IMG/VR virus record: IMGVR_UViG_3300043570_000570
Span: 32,001 to 96,000 of that record
DNA from: a virus
DNA: 64,000 nt
Reading direction: 5' to 3' (one strand)
Positions 29,481-38,893 of this stretch are shown here, piece by piece. The notes beneath the pieces are model-generated. The model was not told the DNA's origin. It searched no databases and saw only the letters and a list, made by a program, of their open reading frames with translations. Position 1 is the first letter of the stretch. Every line of letters begins with the position of its first letter. The position numbers and the translations under genes were made by a program.

Positions 29481-29609
29481 TTATTTTGCTTTAGAAGAAA
29501 CCTTAGTTAAAGGTTTGTCGGCAGGCAAGAAGTAGATCTGAACTCCACACTTGCTACCTGGTTTTTTGTCGCAACCGTTCTTGATGGTTACTGTTCTGTG
29601 CTTTTCCAT
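29481..29609 (-). CDS. 42-aa hypothetical protein (not in track)
   Basis: MEKHRTVTIKNGCDKKPGSKCGVQIYFLPADKPLTKVSSKAK* fills the gap between neighbours. Confidence 0.4.
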   Translation of the reverse strand: MEKHRTVTIKNGCDKKPGSKCGVQIYFLPADKPLTKVSSKAK

Positions 29610-29965
29610 TTTAATTCTATTTTATGTAAAGGGTGTTCTGCGTTCCAATCTGCTATTCCACAATCTGAAGATAGAGATGCCGTTTTGTAGGTAGCGATGC
29701 AGCCACAAAACGAACAGTGAAGTTCACTTCTGTTAGTGCTGTAGTGCTTGCCTGTGAGTTGTACATACTCGGCAGAAGTGACTGCGTTTCTCGAATTGTA
29801 GGGACAATTAATGCAAATGTCCATTCTGTCTGCGATAATGTTCTTCTTTTCATTGCTCAGTAGTTTGAATTGATTCGCTGTCTTCGTTGCTACTCCCTCC
29901 AATACTTTGTTCAAATTCTTTAGCCCCTTCAGGCTCAGGGCCATGTACTCTTTGTAAGGATTCAT
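29588..29965 (-). CDS. Zn-binding protein
   Basis: RMDICINCP...CSFCGC...KT...C. Confidence 0.55.
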   Translation of the reverse strand: MNPYKEYMALSLKGLKNLNKVLEGVATKTANQFKLLSNEKKNIIADRMDICINCPYNSRNAVTSAEYVQLTGKHYSTNRSELHCSFCGCIATYKTASLSSDCGIADWNAEHPLHKIELKWKSTEQ

Positions 29966-30410
29966 ATAATTTCTGGTGGTTTAATATTTGTGTCTGGTAT
30001 GTTCTATCCATATACTCTATTGTTTGTTGGTTGTAGAGTTTTTTAAATTGTCCTCTTTCGTATCTGTCTTTAAATAGTTTAAGCCAATCTCCCAGCATGT
30101 AGTAGTTAGCATAACCTCTGATTGCTGTGAGTCCTTGTCTTTCTGTTTCATAAGTTAACAGATACTCTGACTTAAGTTTCTTAGCTATTACCTTGATTGC
30201 TCTAGAAGGGTTAAATACTAAAACTCCTAATCCAGATAATCTTACTTTAACTGTAGGTAGTTCTACTATGTCCTCAATAGTCTTTTTTAGGTACCACTCG
30301 TATACAGTACTTACTTTATCAATAGTAAGACCCATTTCTTTTGCTACATCAGAGTAGGCAGCGTAAGTCTTAATTTCAATAGTTTCGTATGTATCTCTTA
30401 TTGAGGTCAT
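29850..30410 (-). CDS. HU/IHF-like DNA-binding protein
   Basis: DVAKEMGLT...VRLSGLGVL. Confidence 0.5.
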   Translation of the reverse strand: MTSIRDTYETIEIKTYAAYSDVAKEMGLTIDKVSTVYEWYLKKTIEDIVELPTVKVRLSGLGVLVFNPSRAIKVIAKKLKSEYLLTYETERQGLTAIRGYANYYMLGDWLKLFKDRYERGQFKKLYNQQTIEYMDRTYQTQILNHQKLYESLQRVHGPEPEGAKEFEQSIGGSSNEDSESIQTTEQ

Positions 30411-30760
30411 GCAGTTGCTACAGCTTCTTGTTTAAGAACAGGTTGATCTAAAGTAGAAAGAACCAGAGTAAGTGTGACACCTTGCTTGCTAGTAGGACAC
30501 AATCTTGGGTTGACTGCATTCTTTTCTAAGATGCCCATCTTTCTTAACTTTGTTATCCCGTTAGAGATAACTTGGATTGATGTGTCAAACTCACTGGCGA
30601 TTCTTTCTTTTACTACTTTATCTAAAGTACCGTAAAATGAACTATGGGCTAATATACTGGTGTACAGATCGGATAATCTATATCCCGCAAGTCTTAGTAG
30701 TACATCAATGTATGCCTGATGTAACTTAACTCCTTCTTCGTATTTACGTGCTACTTTCAT
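30407..30760 (-). CDS. Winged-HTH-like DNA-binding protein
   Basis: IASEFDTSIQVISNGITKLRKMGILEK. Confidence 0.5.
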   Translation of the reverse strand: MKVARKYEEGVKLHQAYIDVLLRLAGYRLSDLYTSILAHSSFYGTLDKVVKERIASEFDTSIQVISNGITKLRKMGILEKNAVNPRLCPTSKQGVTLTLVLSTLDQPVLKQEAVATA

Positions 30761-30783
30761 TGGTTGGTTTGGTTTAACATGAA

Positions 30784-30939
30784 CAAATATACTATCTTAA
30801 CAAAAAAAGTCAAGTTATATGTTAACTCAAAGAATACTTTTAACTTAAGATATTAACCGTGTTAACCCAACTCTTAACACCTATGGTTATTTTAGTGAAA
30901 AACTATCTCTAGACAAAAAATAATTTAAGATTATATTTG
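30784..30939. promoter_or_regulatory. Divergent Bacteroidota-type promoter pair
   Basis: Minus: CAAATATA 30784-30791 with CAA 30811-30813. Plus: TATATTTG 30932-30939. Confidence 0.6.
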
Positions 30940-30956
30940 TACAAGGAGGATTTGTT

Positions 30957-31229
30957 ATGTCGATGGATAAAATTAAAAAACCAAATGCCCAGGAAGTATT
31001 TGATATTTTCTTACTAGCACTCCAAGATGAGCAAGTAAAGCTAGAAGGAGATATAGGAGGATTTAAATTAGCTCTCTATGATGGCTTTAAAACATTTACT
31101 TATCGTAAGAAGTATAACGAAGAGATGCTATTTGACTACATTGAAGAAGCTTTAACAGAACTTTTAGATGAAGATCAACCTATGCAACAGACTGACTACA
31201 TGCATGCTCAGAAGTCAGCAGGAATTTGA
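30957..31229 (+). CDS. Acidic hypothetical protein (90 aa)
   Basis: ORF with its own promoter, against the prevailing strand. Confidence 0.6.
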   Translation: MSMDKIKKPNAQEVFDIFLLALQDEQVKLEGDIGGFKLALYDGFKTFTYRKKYNEEMLFDYIEEALTELLDEDQPMQQTDYMHAQKSAGI

Positions 31230-31286
31230 TTCCACAATTTATCCACAGAGCAAACAGTTGACTACAAAATGTAGTTACCTTCGTAG

Positions 31287-31560
31287 TGACATCACATCTT
31301 TGTGTTCGCAGACGAGGATTTAAAAGTAATCTGCTAGAAGTTGGATTGTATGAGTAGCCCTCAGAGGTGAAAAGAGGTTTCTCCGATAGTGTCAAAATGT
31401 TCTAATAAAGTTTACAGTGCTCTAACCTACAACTAATAGACCGTAGGCAATAAGTGGACAGAATAGAGACTTAGCTTCTGAGAGGCTATTTGGTTAAAAA
31501 CTGCTGTAATATAAGTTAGAATAGAAAGTCAAAATAGACTACTTCTCGAAGAGAGAAGGA
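31287..31560 (+). ncRNA. Candidate structured ncRNA (~270 nt)
   Basis: No credible ORF; preceded by a TACCTTCG -7-like box; long-range pairing TAGCCCTCAGAGG / CTTCTGAGAGGCTA plus GCAGA/TCTGC, CCTAC/GTAGG, CTCTA/TAGAG. Confidence 0.45.
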
Positions 31561-31567
31561 ACCTATC

Positions 31568-32014
31568 CTATTTTAAACTTTCAAACCCATTCTTAAACGA
31601 CTTCTCTAAAGCCTTAGAATAAGCTTTTCTGTTATGAGGAATACCTTCTACAGAAATAAACATAGCATTAACGTAAACTACTTTACTAGCTTCTCCTTGA
31701 AGAAGAATTCCATTTACGTTAATTTCTGTACTTACAATATATTCTCTTTTAAGAAACTGTAAGCCTACAATATTTACAAGTTGTTCAGGCATTGCAATGG
31801 ATTTGATTTTTCCTGAAATAGGACTGCCCTCATTACATAATTGGTACTTTGAAGAAGCAATCTCTTCTAGAGTAGTTTGTGCTCCAAAGATTATAGGTCT
31901 TCCTCCTATCTCTGTTACAGTTGCAATTGAAGTTACAGTGTCAATCTTGTAGCATTGAGCACTCAGAGAAGTCATCATAGTGACTAAAGCGGAAAGTATA
32001 AATAGTTTTTTCAT
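31568..32014 (-). CDS. Secreted protein (signal peptide)
   Basis: MKKLFILSALVTMMTSLSAQ; promoter-like CAAAAGTA 32039-32046. Confidence 0.6.
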   Translation of the reverse strand: MKKLFILSALVTMMTSLSAQCYKIDTVTSIATVTEIGGRPIIFGAQTTLEEIASSKYQLCNEGSPISGKIKSIAMPEQLVNIVGLQFLKREYIVSTEINVNGILLQGEASKVVYVNAMFISVEGIPHNRKAYSKALEKSFKNGFESLK

Positions 32015-32078
32015 GTTTTAGGATAATTTATATTCTGCCAAAAGTATAAAAATAAAACAGTTTTGGCAACCTATAGGT

Positions 32079-33062
32079 TTAGTAAGTTACTGCTCCAGAG
32101 TATCCAGGAGCTATTATGTAGAGATTTAAAGTTCCTCCACTAGTTAAAGTAGAAGTTGTATGAGTGGAAACTCCAGGATACGTTCCTCTTACATTAGTAG
32201 CTGCGGCTTTGATAGCATTGTATTCAGTTAAAGTAAAGATACGTACATCAGGAGCTGTTCTCCATTTAGAAAATCTTCCTGCTTTTCTTGCAGCTACATA
32301 ATACTTATCTGCTACAGAGATTATCTTGTCATCATTGACATCAAACATATGGAAAGATAAACCATTTCTACTAGTCTTATTTAAAACTACATTGGCTACT
32401 GCTTGAATATCTGTATTAGTGTAGGCTTGGATTCTAGTGGGAGCATTTACTTCTATATAATATTCTTTAGAAGGATCATAAGCTTCTGAAATCGAGTAGT
32501 AGCCAGCAGAGTTAGTATAGATTGTTTTGTAGAGAGCCCAAGAAGAAGTTGTAACTAAATACTCAAACTCTAGTACGTAAGCTAGATTGTTATTATTGTT
32601 TAGGTCATTCCATCTACCATTAGATACAAACTGTACATAGTCTTCATTACCTGAGTTGTTAGGTTCTCCACTGTTCCAGTTCTTATAAGAGTAAGTTTCT
32701 CCTGTTACCCATCTCCAAGTTCCTTCTGTTACTTCATCTGTTAAACCTATCCAGCCAGAAGGCCATAAAGCAAATAAAAAACTTTGTTCTCCTGATGTTG
32801 TAATAGTTACTAAGTGACCACCCATATTAGAACAGTTAGTTCTAGCTGTAGTCCAAGTAGCACTACCTGTAGAACGGTAATAAGAGTGTCCTCCGTAGTT
32901 CTGTTGATTAGTGAATCCTGTAATGGTTTGGTTTGTTCTTCTGTAGAGCTTTATAGCCACATTAGAAGCACCAGAACCATTTGCATTATACAAGTATCCA
33001 GAGTAGGTAAATTGTGCACTCAGTGAGTTCACAAAGAAGAATAGAATAACAACCCATCTCAT
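32079..33062 (-). CDS. Secreted C-type lectin domain protein with dockerin-like C-terminal region
   Basis: Signal peptide; GHSYY...W..AR..C...GGHLVTI...E...WIGLTD...EG.W.W...Y.NW..GEPNN...EDY...WND; then FDVNDDKIISVAD. Confidence 0.8.
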   Translation of the reverse strand: MRWVVILFFFVNSLSAQFTYSGYLYNANGSGASNVAIKLYRRTNQTITGFTNQQNYGGHSYYRSTGSATWTTARTNCSNMGGHLVTITTSGEQSFLFALWPSGWIGLTDEVTEGTWRWVTGETYSYKNWNSGEPNNSGNEDYVQFVSNGRWNDLNNNNNLAYVLEFEYLVTTSSWALYKTIYTNSAGYYSISEAYDPSKEYYIEVNAPTRIQAYTNTDIQAVANVVLNKTSRNGLSFHMFDVNDDKIISVADKYYVAARKAGRFSKWRTAPDVRIFTLTEYNAIKAAATNVRGTYPGVSTHTTSTLTSGGTLNLYIIAPGYSGAVTY

Positions 33063-34531
33063 ATTAATAACTTTGCTCCCATTAAGATTTGAAAGTTAAG
33101 AATGTCTTGACCTGCAACATAAGTTCCTCCTCCTGTAATACCTAAGCCAAATGTCTTTGTCATTTTCCAGGTCAAATTTACAAAAGGAATTACAATCGGT
33201 TTAGCTTTAAATAAAGATTCTGTATAATACTTAGAATAAGGAGAATAAATACCAGCCATAATAACTGTAGCATCTATATGCTTAGTGAGTTTTCCTTTGT
33301 ACATAAAACCTCCTATAACAATAGTAGAGATCATTTGTTCTCCATAGAGTTTACCGTAAGTTCCAGCAACTCCGTAAAGTGCTGTAAGATTCTTAATTGA
33401 ATTTACTCTAACAAACAGAGCTGTGTTAGAGAAGGCTTTAGGCATCAGACTCATTCCATCTGATACTACACTAATGTGTTTATGCCCTTTTTTGTTTGCT
33501 CCTATCCAAGAGCGTACGCATGAGATATTACCGATCTTAGCATTAAGCATGTAATCGGCTGAAAACCCAAGAGAAGAAGTACCATCCCCTTTTACTCTTG
33601 TAAAGGAAGCAGTACCTCTTGCATCTTGTGCTCCATCAGACTTAGTCTGAATACCAACTAAATCACCAGTTACTAAGATCGCAGGCTTAGCAACTTCGGC
33701 TTTAGCTTTATTGGCTGCTTTCGCAGTACCACTAGACTGAGACTTTTGTTGCTCAGTCTTAGTTTCTTCTACTTTTTGTTCTGAGGGTTTCTCGGTTTGT
33801 ACTTCCGTTTTTTCTTCGGTTTTACCACTACTTCCTGAGCCACTTCCGCTCCCACTGCTACCACTGGAGCTTCCACTACTGCTTCCGCTACTACTTCCAC
33901 TACTGGAGCTGGAGCCACTGCTTCCTGAAGTACCATCTCCGCTGCTTCCTGAATTGGGATCTGGGGAATTTCCACTTGAGGTTCCTGAGGTTTCTGAGGA
34001 GTTAGATCCACCGTTTGTTTGTCCACTTTCTCCTGACGAGCTGCCAGAAGAATTAGAATTACTAGAGCTACTGCTAGTACGATTCCGAGAGTTAGTTCGA
34101 TTGTCATTGTTATTGGTTTTATTGTTGGTTCCTACGTTAGTCCCTGAAGAAGTACTTCCACCTACATCTACGTTAACACTTCCTACATTTGATATAGCCC
34201 CTAAGTTCATAACATTACTTACAATGTTTAAGGTCGCATTTGTAGTCGTGGTTGTTGTAGTGGTTACTCCAACTCCTTGACAGGGTGATGTATTTTTATA
34301 CTTCAAATATACACTATTTATCCAACTATCAAATGTTCCGTCTGTTAATTCTGTATAAGAGAAAGTTTGGACCTGTCCATAGTAAGCAATTACTATAGGA
34401 CTAGACATATTTGCGTTAATAAATTTTAATTCCTGCGTGCAAGGGTCTGTGTATGAATACATAAAGCTCTGACCTTTTAGGGACAGAGCTAGTATGCAAA
34501 AGATTAATAATATTTTAGTTTTTAAATACAC
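33059..34531 (-). CDS. Secreted protein with Ser/Gly linker and beta-barrel-like C-terminus
   Basis: Signal peptide; long S/G/T tract; alternating hydrophobic strands ending FQILMGAKLLI. Confidence 0.5.
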   Translation of the reverse strand: MYLKTKILLIFCILALSLKGQSFMYSYTDPCTQELKFINANMSSPIVIAYYGQVQTFSYTELTDGTFDSWINSVYLKYKNTSPCQGVGVTTTTTTTTNATLNIVSNVMNLGAISNVGSVNVDVGGSTSSGTNVGTNNKTNNNDNRTNSRNRTSSSSSNSNSSGSSSGESGQTNGGSNSSETSGTSSGNSPDPNSGSSGDGTSGSSGSSSSSGSSSGSSSGSSSGSSGSGSGSGSSGKTEEKTEVQTEKPSEQKVEETKTEQQKSQSSGTAKAANKAKAEVAKPAILVTGDLVGIQTKSDGAQDARGTASFTRVKGDGTSSLGFSADYMLNAKIGNISCVRSWIGANKKGHKHISVVSDGMSLMPKAFSNTALFVRVNSIKNLTALYGVAGTYGKLYGEQMISTIVIGGFMYKGKLTKHIDATVIMAGIYSPYSKYYTESLFKAKPIVIPFVNLTWKMTKTFGLGITGGGTYVAGQDILNFQILMGAKLLI

Positions 34532-35204
34532 CTGCCTTAATGAGATTTTGAATCACATTAGTACAAGCAGTTTCTAGAGACTTTCTGGTAGCTTTACCGA
34601 CAGTACTTTGAGAAAATTTCATATCGTCAAGAGACTTTAAGAAAGATTCGCCTATCTTTTGTGATTCGCCTTCTCCAGATCCAATGTATATCTGACCTGT
34701 CTTTGCGTCAACAAAACGGACTTGTAAGCGAATAAAGGTAGTGACAGCAACTTTTGACTTAAGACCTTCAGCTTGCTCGTCTTCATCAACAGCAAAATCA
34801 GCCACAGTAACATACACAAAATAGTGAGCAGGTTTAATCTTACCTTTTCCATCAATGGGTTCATCAAATACACCTTTCTTTGAAGCTTTGAACTGAGTCA
34901 CCATCCTCTCCTTGATTTCAGCCTTCTCCTCAGTAAATACAAAACGATTTGTTTCATCTAAATAGTCTAATACGGATTCTGCAAAACCTAAGCCTACGTT
35001 CTTTTCCTGTAAAGCAGGATACAAACTTAAGACTTTTGTCATGTCTACACTAACTACTTGAACTGTTTTTTTAATAGAATCTGTATAACCAGATACACTA
35101 GAGATGTCCTTAGATACTACAGGCTCATCATCTGTGGTTGTTTTCATACTACCACAACCAAACAATACAACAGTCAATAACAGACTACCAAGGCTCTTCA
35201 TCAT
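34515..35204 (-). CDS. CsgG/HfaB-family outer-membrane lipoprotein
   Basis: Start MMKSLG..., lipobox LFGC; NRFVFTEE...VADF...IRLQVRFVDAKTGQI..GSGEG...A.RKSLE. Confidence 0.7.
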   Translation of the reverse strand: MMKSLGSLLLTVVLFGCGSMKTTTDDEPVVSKDISSVSGYTDSIKKTVQVVSVDMTKVLSLYPALQEKNVGLGFAESVLDYLDETNRFVFTEEKAEIKERMVTQFKASKKGVFDEPIDGKGKIKPAHYFVYVTVADFAVDEDEQAEGLKSKVAVTTFIRLQVRFVDAKTGQIYIGSGEGESQKIGESFLKSLDDMKFSQSTVGKATRKSLETACTNVIQNLIKAGVFKN

Positions 35205-35496
35205 CTGGCTTTGGTTTAGTTGCTGGAGCAGGAGCAGCTGCAGGAGCAGCCTTCTCTTTAATAATGACAGTGTTACCACCACCAGTATTTGCTTGTTGCT
35301 TTTGTTCGTTGTTCGTAGTGATGTTAATCACAGGTGCAGGGGCTGCTACAGCAGTTGGAGTTTCTGGCTTTTCATCTTCGCCACCACCTAAGTGAGTAGC
35401 AAACCAAGCACCTCCTGCTGTAACAGCAGTGGTGATTGCTCCAATGATTGTTTTTTTGATAGCGGACATACCGCTTTCTTCTTTTTCTTCTGACAT
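35185..35496 (-). CDS. Single-TM protein with Pro/Ala-rich tail
   Basis: Likely start MSEEKEESG; TM IIGAITTAVTAGGAWF. Confidence 0.55.
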   Translation of the reverse strand: MSEEKEESGMSAIKKTIIGAITTAVTAGGAWFATHLGGGEDEKPETPTAVAAPAPVINITTNNEQKQQANTGGGNTVIIKEKAAPAAAPAPATKPKPDDEEPW

Positions 35497-35500
35497 GATA

Positions 35501-35851
35501 TTATGAATTAGTTGTGTTTGATAGTGATTCTCCGTCTTCCTCATCGACCTTCTGTATTAACATCTTGTCTCTGTCTTCAGAGTTAAACCAATAGTCAACT
35601 ACTTTGTTTAAGTTACCTACAAAGGCACCCAAGAGAATAAGTAGCAATTCTTTCCAGTCTTCTCCAATAGAAGCTCCCATAAATACTGCTGCATTGATTC
35701 CAAGAATAATTAAAGTAAACAAACCTAACACAATAGCGGTAATTTTCCAACGATTGGCTTGCATTTGTTGTAGCATGTAGTAGAACCTGTTTTTAGGATC
35801 TACTGCTACTGGTTCTGCTTGGGTAAGACCAAGTGCTTTTTTTATGTTCAT
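35501..35851 (-). CDS. Two-TM membrane protein (holin-like)
   Basis: Two hydrophobic helices ending VVDYWFNS. Confidence 0.5.
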   Translation of the reverse strand: MNIKKALGLTQAEPVAVDPKNRFYYMLQQMQANRWKITAIVLGLFTLIILGINAAVFMGASIGEDWKELLLILLGAFVGNLNKVVDYWFNSEDRDKMLIQKVDEEDGESLSNTTNS

Positions 35852-37749
35852 TTTTGTACAATTATTTTAGAATGTAATACTTCTGTCTCAGTAGTTACAG
35901 AAAGAATATAAACGCCATCAGAGAGACGATCTAGGTTTGCACTATACTTGTACTTACCTGCGGGCATACGTTGTTTTAAAAGAGTCTCTATGCGTCTTCC
36001 TACCTCATCTGAGATAGCCATGTCTACGTTAGAGTCTTCTTTAATCTTGAATTGGACTTGGATGTTTCCTTCTGTAGGGTTAGGGAATACTATAATAGAG
36101 TTTAAGTCGTTAAGCGAAATAGTTCCTTTGTTGACTCTACGAACTTCAATGATTCCCATAGCAGGAGTAATGTTCATATCCTTAGAGTCTTTATCTCCTA
36201 CGTATTTAGCACCTGTCCACAAAGCTGCACTTGCCCAAGAGTCTTGGGGTTTTTTAGCAATGAACTGAACTTTAAAAGCTTGTTCTCCATCGTTAAGCAT
36301 GTTCTCGTTAGTTAAGTCAGCACCTCCCCAAGAAACCATTCCATTAGAAGGGTTCATGTAGGTAGTCCACTTCATCATCTTTTCAGAGTTCTCAATACCT
36401 TTAAACTCTAAGTAAGCTGTGTCGTACCTAAGATCTAACTGTAATGCACCTAAGTTCTTTCCGTTAGTCAAAACTTTAACAGGAACGTTAACTAGGTTTC
36501 CTTCTTCTACACTTACTTTAGGCATATTTACCTCAATAGTTTCTGCAGGGAAATCATAACTTACAGTTTCGTCAATAATGTAACGCTTTGCGTTAGCTTG
36601 ATTAGTAATTTTAATAGGAGTCAAACGAGCCATCTTAAATCCTGTAGCATTGGCGTCTCCCTTAACAGCTACGTAGTAAGTGATAGAATCATTACCATCT
36701 ACACTGTAAGTAAAGTTATTTATAGTAGAGTATGTGGAGGTCAAGTTAGATGTGGCGCCATTGATTGCATTGTATTCAGCAACTGTAAAGAACATTACGT
36801 CTTTTTTAGAGTTAGGCCATGCAGTAAATCTACCTGCCAATCTTCCGTAAACAGCGTATACGTCAGCAATAGAAATATCTCCAGTAGTTCCGTTTACATC
36901 CATTGTGTAGTAATCAAAGCCTGTAGGAGTGTATTGACCTAAGATAGATTGATTAATCTTCTGTGCATCTGCAGTAGAGAATACATTACCTGGGATCATT
37001 GTGTCTCCTTTAACTACAATGCGTACATCCCAATAAGTAGTATCTAGGAATTTCTTAAACACAGTAACACCCAATGAGTTAGTCTTTTGTGAAGCAATCT
37101 GAGACCAAGTTGAAGAACCTTTAGCTCTCTTCTCTAAACTAACAGTTAAGTTCTTAGCATCTGTACCAGTTACGTTTTTAAACTTAGTAGCAAAACGCAA
37201 TACTTTCTGATTGAAACGTCCACCGTAAGAGTAAACTACCAAAGTAGTATCGTTACCCCAGTTAGTAGCAGCTCTGTTAGAGAATGACTTAACACCTGAT
37301 ACTTTTAAAGTCTTGATAGAATCTAAACTATTCCATACAGTTTCACCTGCGTGAGTAAAAGTCAAATCAAATGTAGCTCCGTTAGAATAGTTAAAAGTAG
37401 AACTAGATCCTGTGTAAGCCAAAGTAACTGTCAAGAATCCTTGTAGGTTACTATCTACATACTGAAGGTATTGATCAGAAGCAGAAATCTTAAGAGAAGG
37501 CACAACTCCTGTAAAAGCAGTCTTATCATAGAATACACGGAATTGCATACCTGTAATCTTCTCTGAAGTAGAAGTATTGTAGAAATGCAGAGGAGCAACT
37601 GTTTGACCTACAGTAGTTGTTGCTACTTGATAGCCTGAGTCAATTACTACCCAGTGACCTGTACCTGGAGAGGTAGCAGAAGATTGTGCTGATGCATTGC
37701 CAACCAACAATGTGAGCACTCCGATGAGGACTTTGATTATTTTATTCAT
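35848..37749 (-). CDS. Cohesin/dockerin-like protein with T9SS type-A sorting tail
   Basis: Signal peptide; cohesin-like ITGMQFRVFYD and VNVPVKV...LGALQLDLRYD; dockerin-like MDVNGTTGDISIAD and KGDAN; CTD IIVFPNPTEG...LSDGVYILSV...KIIVQK. Confidence 0.8.
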   Translation of the reverse strand: MNKIIKVLIGVLTLLVGNASAQSSATSPGTGHWVVIDSGYQVATTTVGQTVAPLHFYNTSTSEKITGMQFRVFYDKTAFTGVVPSLKISASDQYLQYVDSNLQGFLTVTLAYTGSSSTFNYSNGATFDLTFTHAGETVWNSLDSIKTLKVSGVKSFSNRAATNWGNDTTLVVYSYGGRFNQKVLRFATKFKNVTGTDAKNLTVSLEKRAKGSSTWSQIASQKTNSLGVTVFKKFLDTTYWDVRIVVKGDTMIPGNVFSTADAQKINQSILGQYTPTGFDYYTMDVNGTTGDISIADVYAVYGRLAGRFTAWPNSKKDVMFFTVAEYNAINGATSNLTSTYSTINNFTYSVDGNDSITYYVAVKGDANATGFKMARLTPIKITNQANAKRYIIDETVSYDFPAETIEVNMPKVSVEEGNLVNVPVKVLTNGKNLGALQLDLRYDTAYLEFKGIENSEKMMKWTTYMNPSNGMVSWGGADLTNENMLNDGEQAFKVQFIAKKPQDSWASAALWTGAKYVGDKDSKDMNITPAMGIIEVRRVNKGTISLNDLNSIIVFPNPTEGNIQVQFKIKEDSNVDMAISDEVGRRIETLLKQRMPAGKYKYSANLDRLSDGVYILSVTTETEVLHSKIIVQK

Positions 37750-37760
37750 GTGTTTTAGTT

Positions 37761-38225
37761 TTACTTAATTTTACTTAGTTTGTGTATTTGTTCTACAGCG
37801 TTTGCCTGTAACCAAGGCTCTGGGGTTGGTAGTTTGTTTATAAAACTTAACTCGTATATGTAGCACTTAAGTTCTTCTTCTTCTAGACTCTGAGTTACTG
37901 GATGTAACAAATAGTTTAAGTGAAGACTCTCATGTACTAGAACGCAAGCTAAGTTGGCTATTGAGTTCATCTTTGCATCTCCTACGGCTATGTAAATAGT
38001 GTTTCCGTCTTGAGAGATGTTATTAGAAGAATAGGGACTAATCCAAAAGTCTACTATGTCGCAGACATCTATTAATCTAATGTATACATTGACATCTGTT
38101 TGAGCAATTAATGCTAAGGCTGAGTCTACCTTTAAATCCCAACCATCCCCTGCCTTCATCACTTTAATCTGAGAAAAGCAGGGAATAGAAAGAATTAGAA
38201 AAAGACTAATTAGTACAGATTTCAT
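37761..38225 (-). CDS. Secreted zincin-like metallopeptidase
   Basis: Signal peptide; VLVHESLH...EEELKCY. Confidence 0.6.
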   Translation of the reverse strand: MKSVLISLFLILSIPCFSQIKVMKAGDGWDLKVDSALALIAQTDVNVYIRLIDVCDIVDFWISPYSSNNISQDGNTIYIAVGDAKMNSIANLACVLVHESLHLNYLLHPVTQSLEEEELKCYIYELSFINKLPTPEPWLQANAVEQIHKLSKIK

Positions 38226-38892
38226 AATCTTCTACTAGATAGATTCTTTTTGCTTTATGTTTTAATTTCTTACATTCTCTGATATTAGAAGCAGCCACTC
38301 CTACAAACTTTGCAGCTTCTTTAGAGTTTAAGAAGATGTGGGTTTCTCCTGTAATAGTGTTAGTTAACTTAAGATTTTTTTTACTATTAGAAATACTTTG
38401 TTTTATAAGATATTCTTCTGTCTGTAGTTTTCCTCCATAATTAGGATTGTTACTACCAGAAGAAGATTCTGATATCTTACTTAAAGACTCTGTAGAGTGT
38501 CTCTTTCCATAGAACGCATTGTTTATTCCTATAGCTTTTAAAGACATAAGTTGTTTTGTACCTAATGACAAAACTTTTTTCTTTTCATGCGTAGGGGTTA
38601 GATAACAGTTTAAACCATTCTCTACACTACAAAAGTGTTCTTGATAGTATCTTTCTCTTTCTAATAGATTTTCACTAGAACAAAATTCTAGTATTTCAAT
38701 CTTGTGTAAGTCAACACCATGCTTTACCAAAGAATTATAAATAGCTCTTTGTTTCTTAACTCTATTTGGGGTTAAGTAGTAACTACAACGTATACGCAAG
38801 TTAACAGCCTCACCTACATAGATTTTGCCTGTAGGAGAAGTTATCTTGTATATACCTGAGGTACTAGGAAACCCCAAAATAGAATCATGCAT
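38206..38892 (-). CDS. GIY-YIG homing endonuclease with NUMOD3/NUMOD1-like motifs
   Basis: GIYKITSPTGKIYVGEA..LRIR; FYGKRHSTES; NPNYG; FLNSKEAAKFVG. Confidence 0.85.
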   Translation of the reverse strand: MHDSILGFPSTSGIYKITSPTGKIYVGEAVNLRIRCSYYLTPNRVKKQRAIYNSLVKHGVDLHKIEILEFCSSENLLERERYYQEHFCSVENGLNCYLTPTHEKKKVLSLGTKQLMSLKAIGINNAFYGKRHSTESLSKISESSSGSNNPNYGGKLQTEEYLIKQSISNSKKNLKLTNTITGETHIFLNSKEAAKFVGVAASNIRECKKLKHKAKRIYLVEDYEICTN

Positions 38893-38893
38893 A

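Noticed and set aside
33760-34280. Alternative-frame ORFs 33769-34107 and 33954-34280
   Set aside because: Shadows of the Ser/Gly low-complexity linker in 33059-34531.
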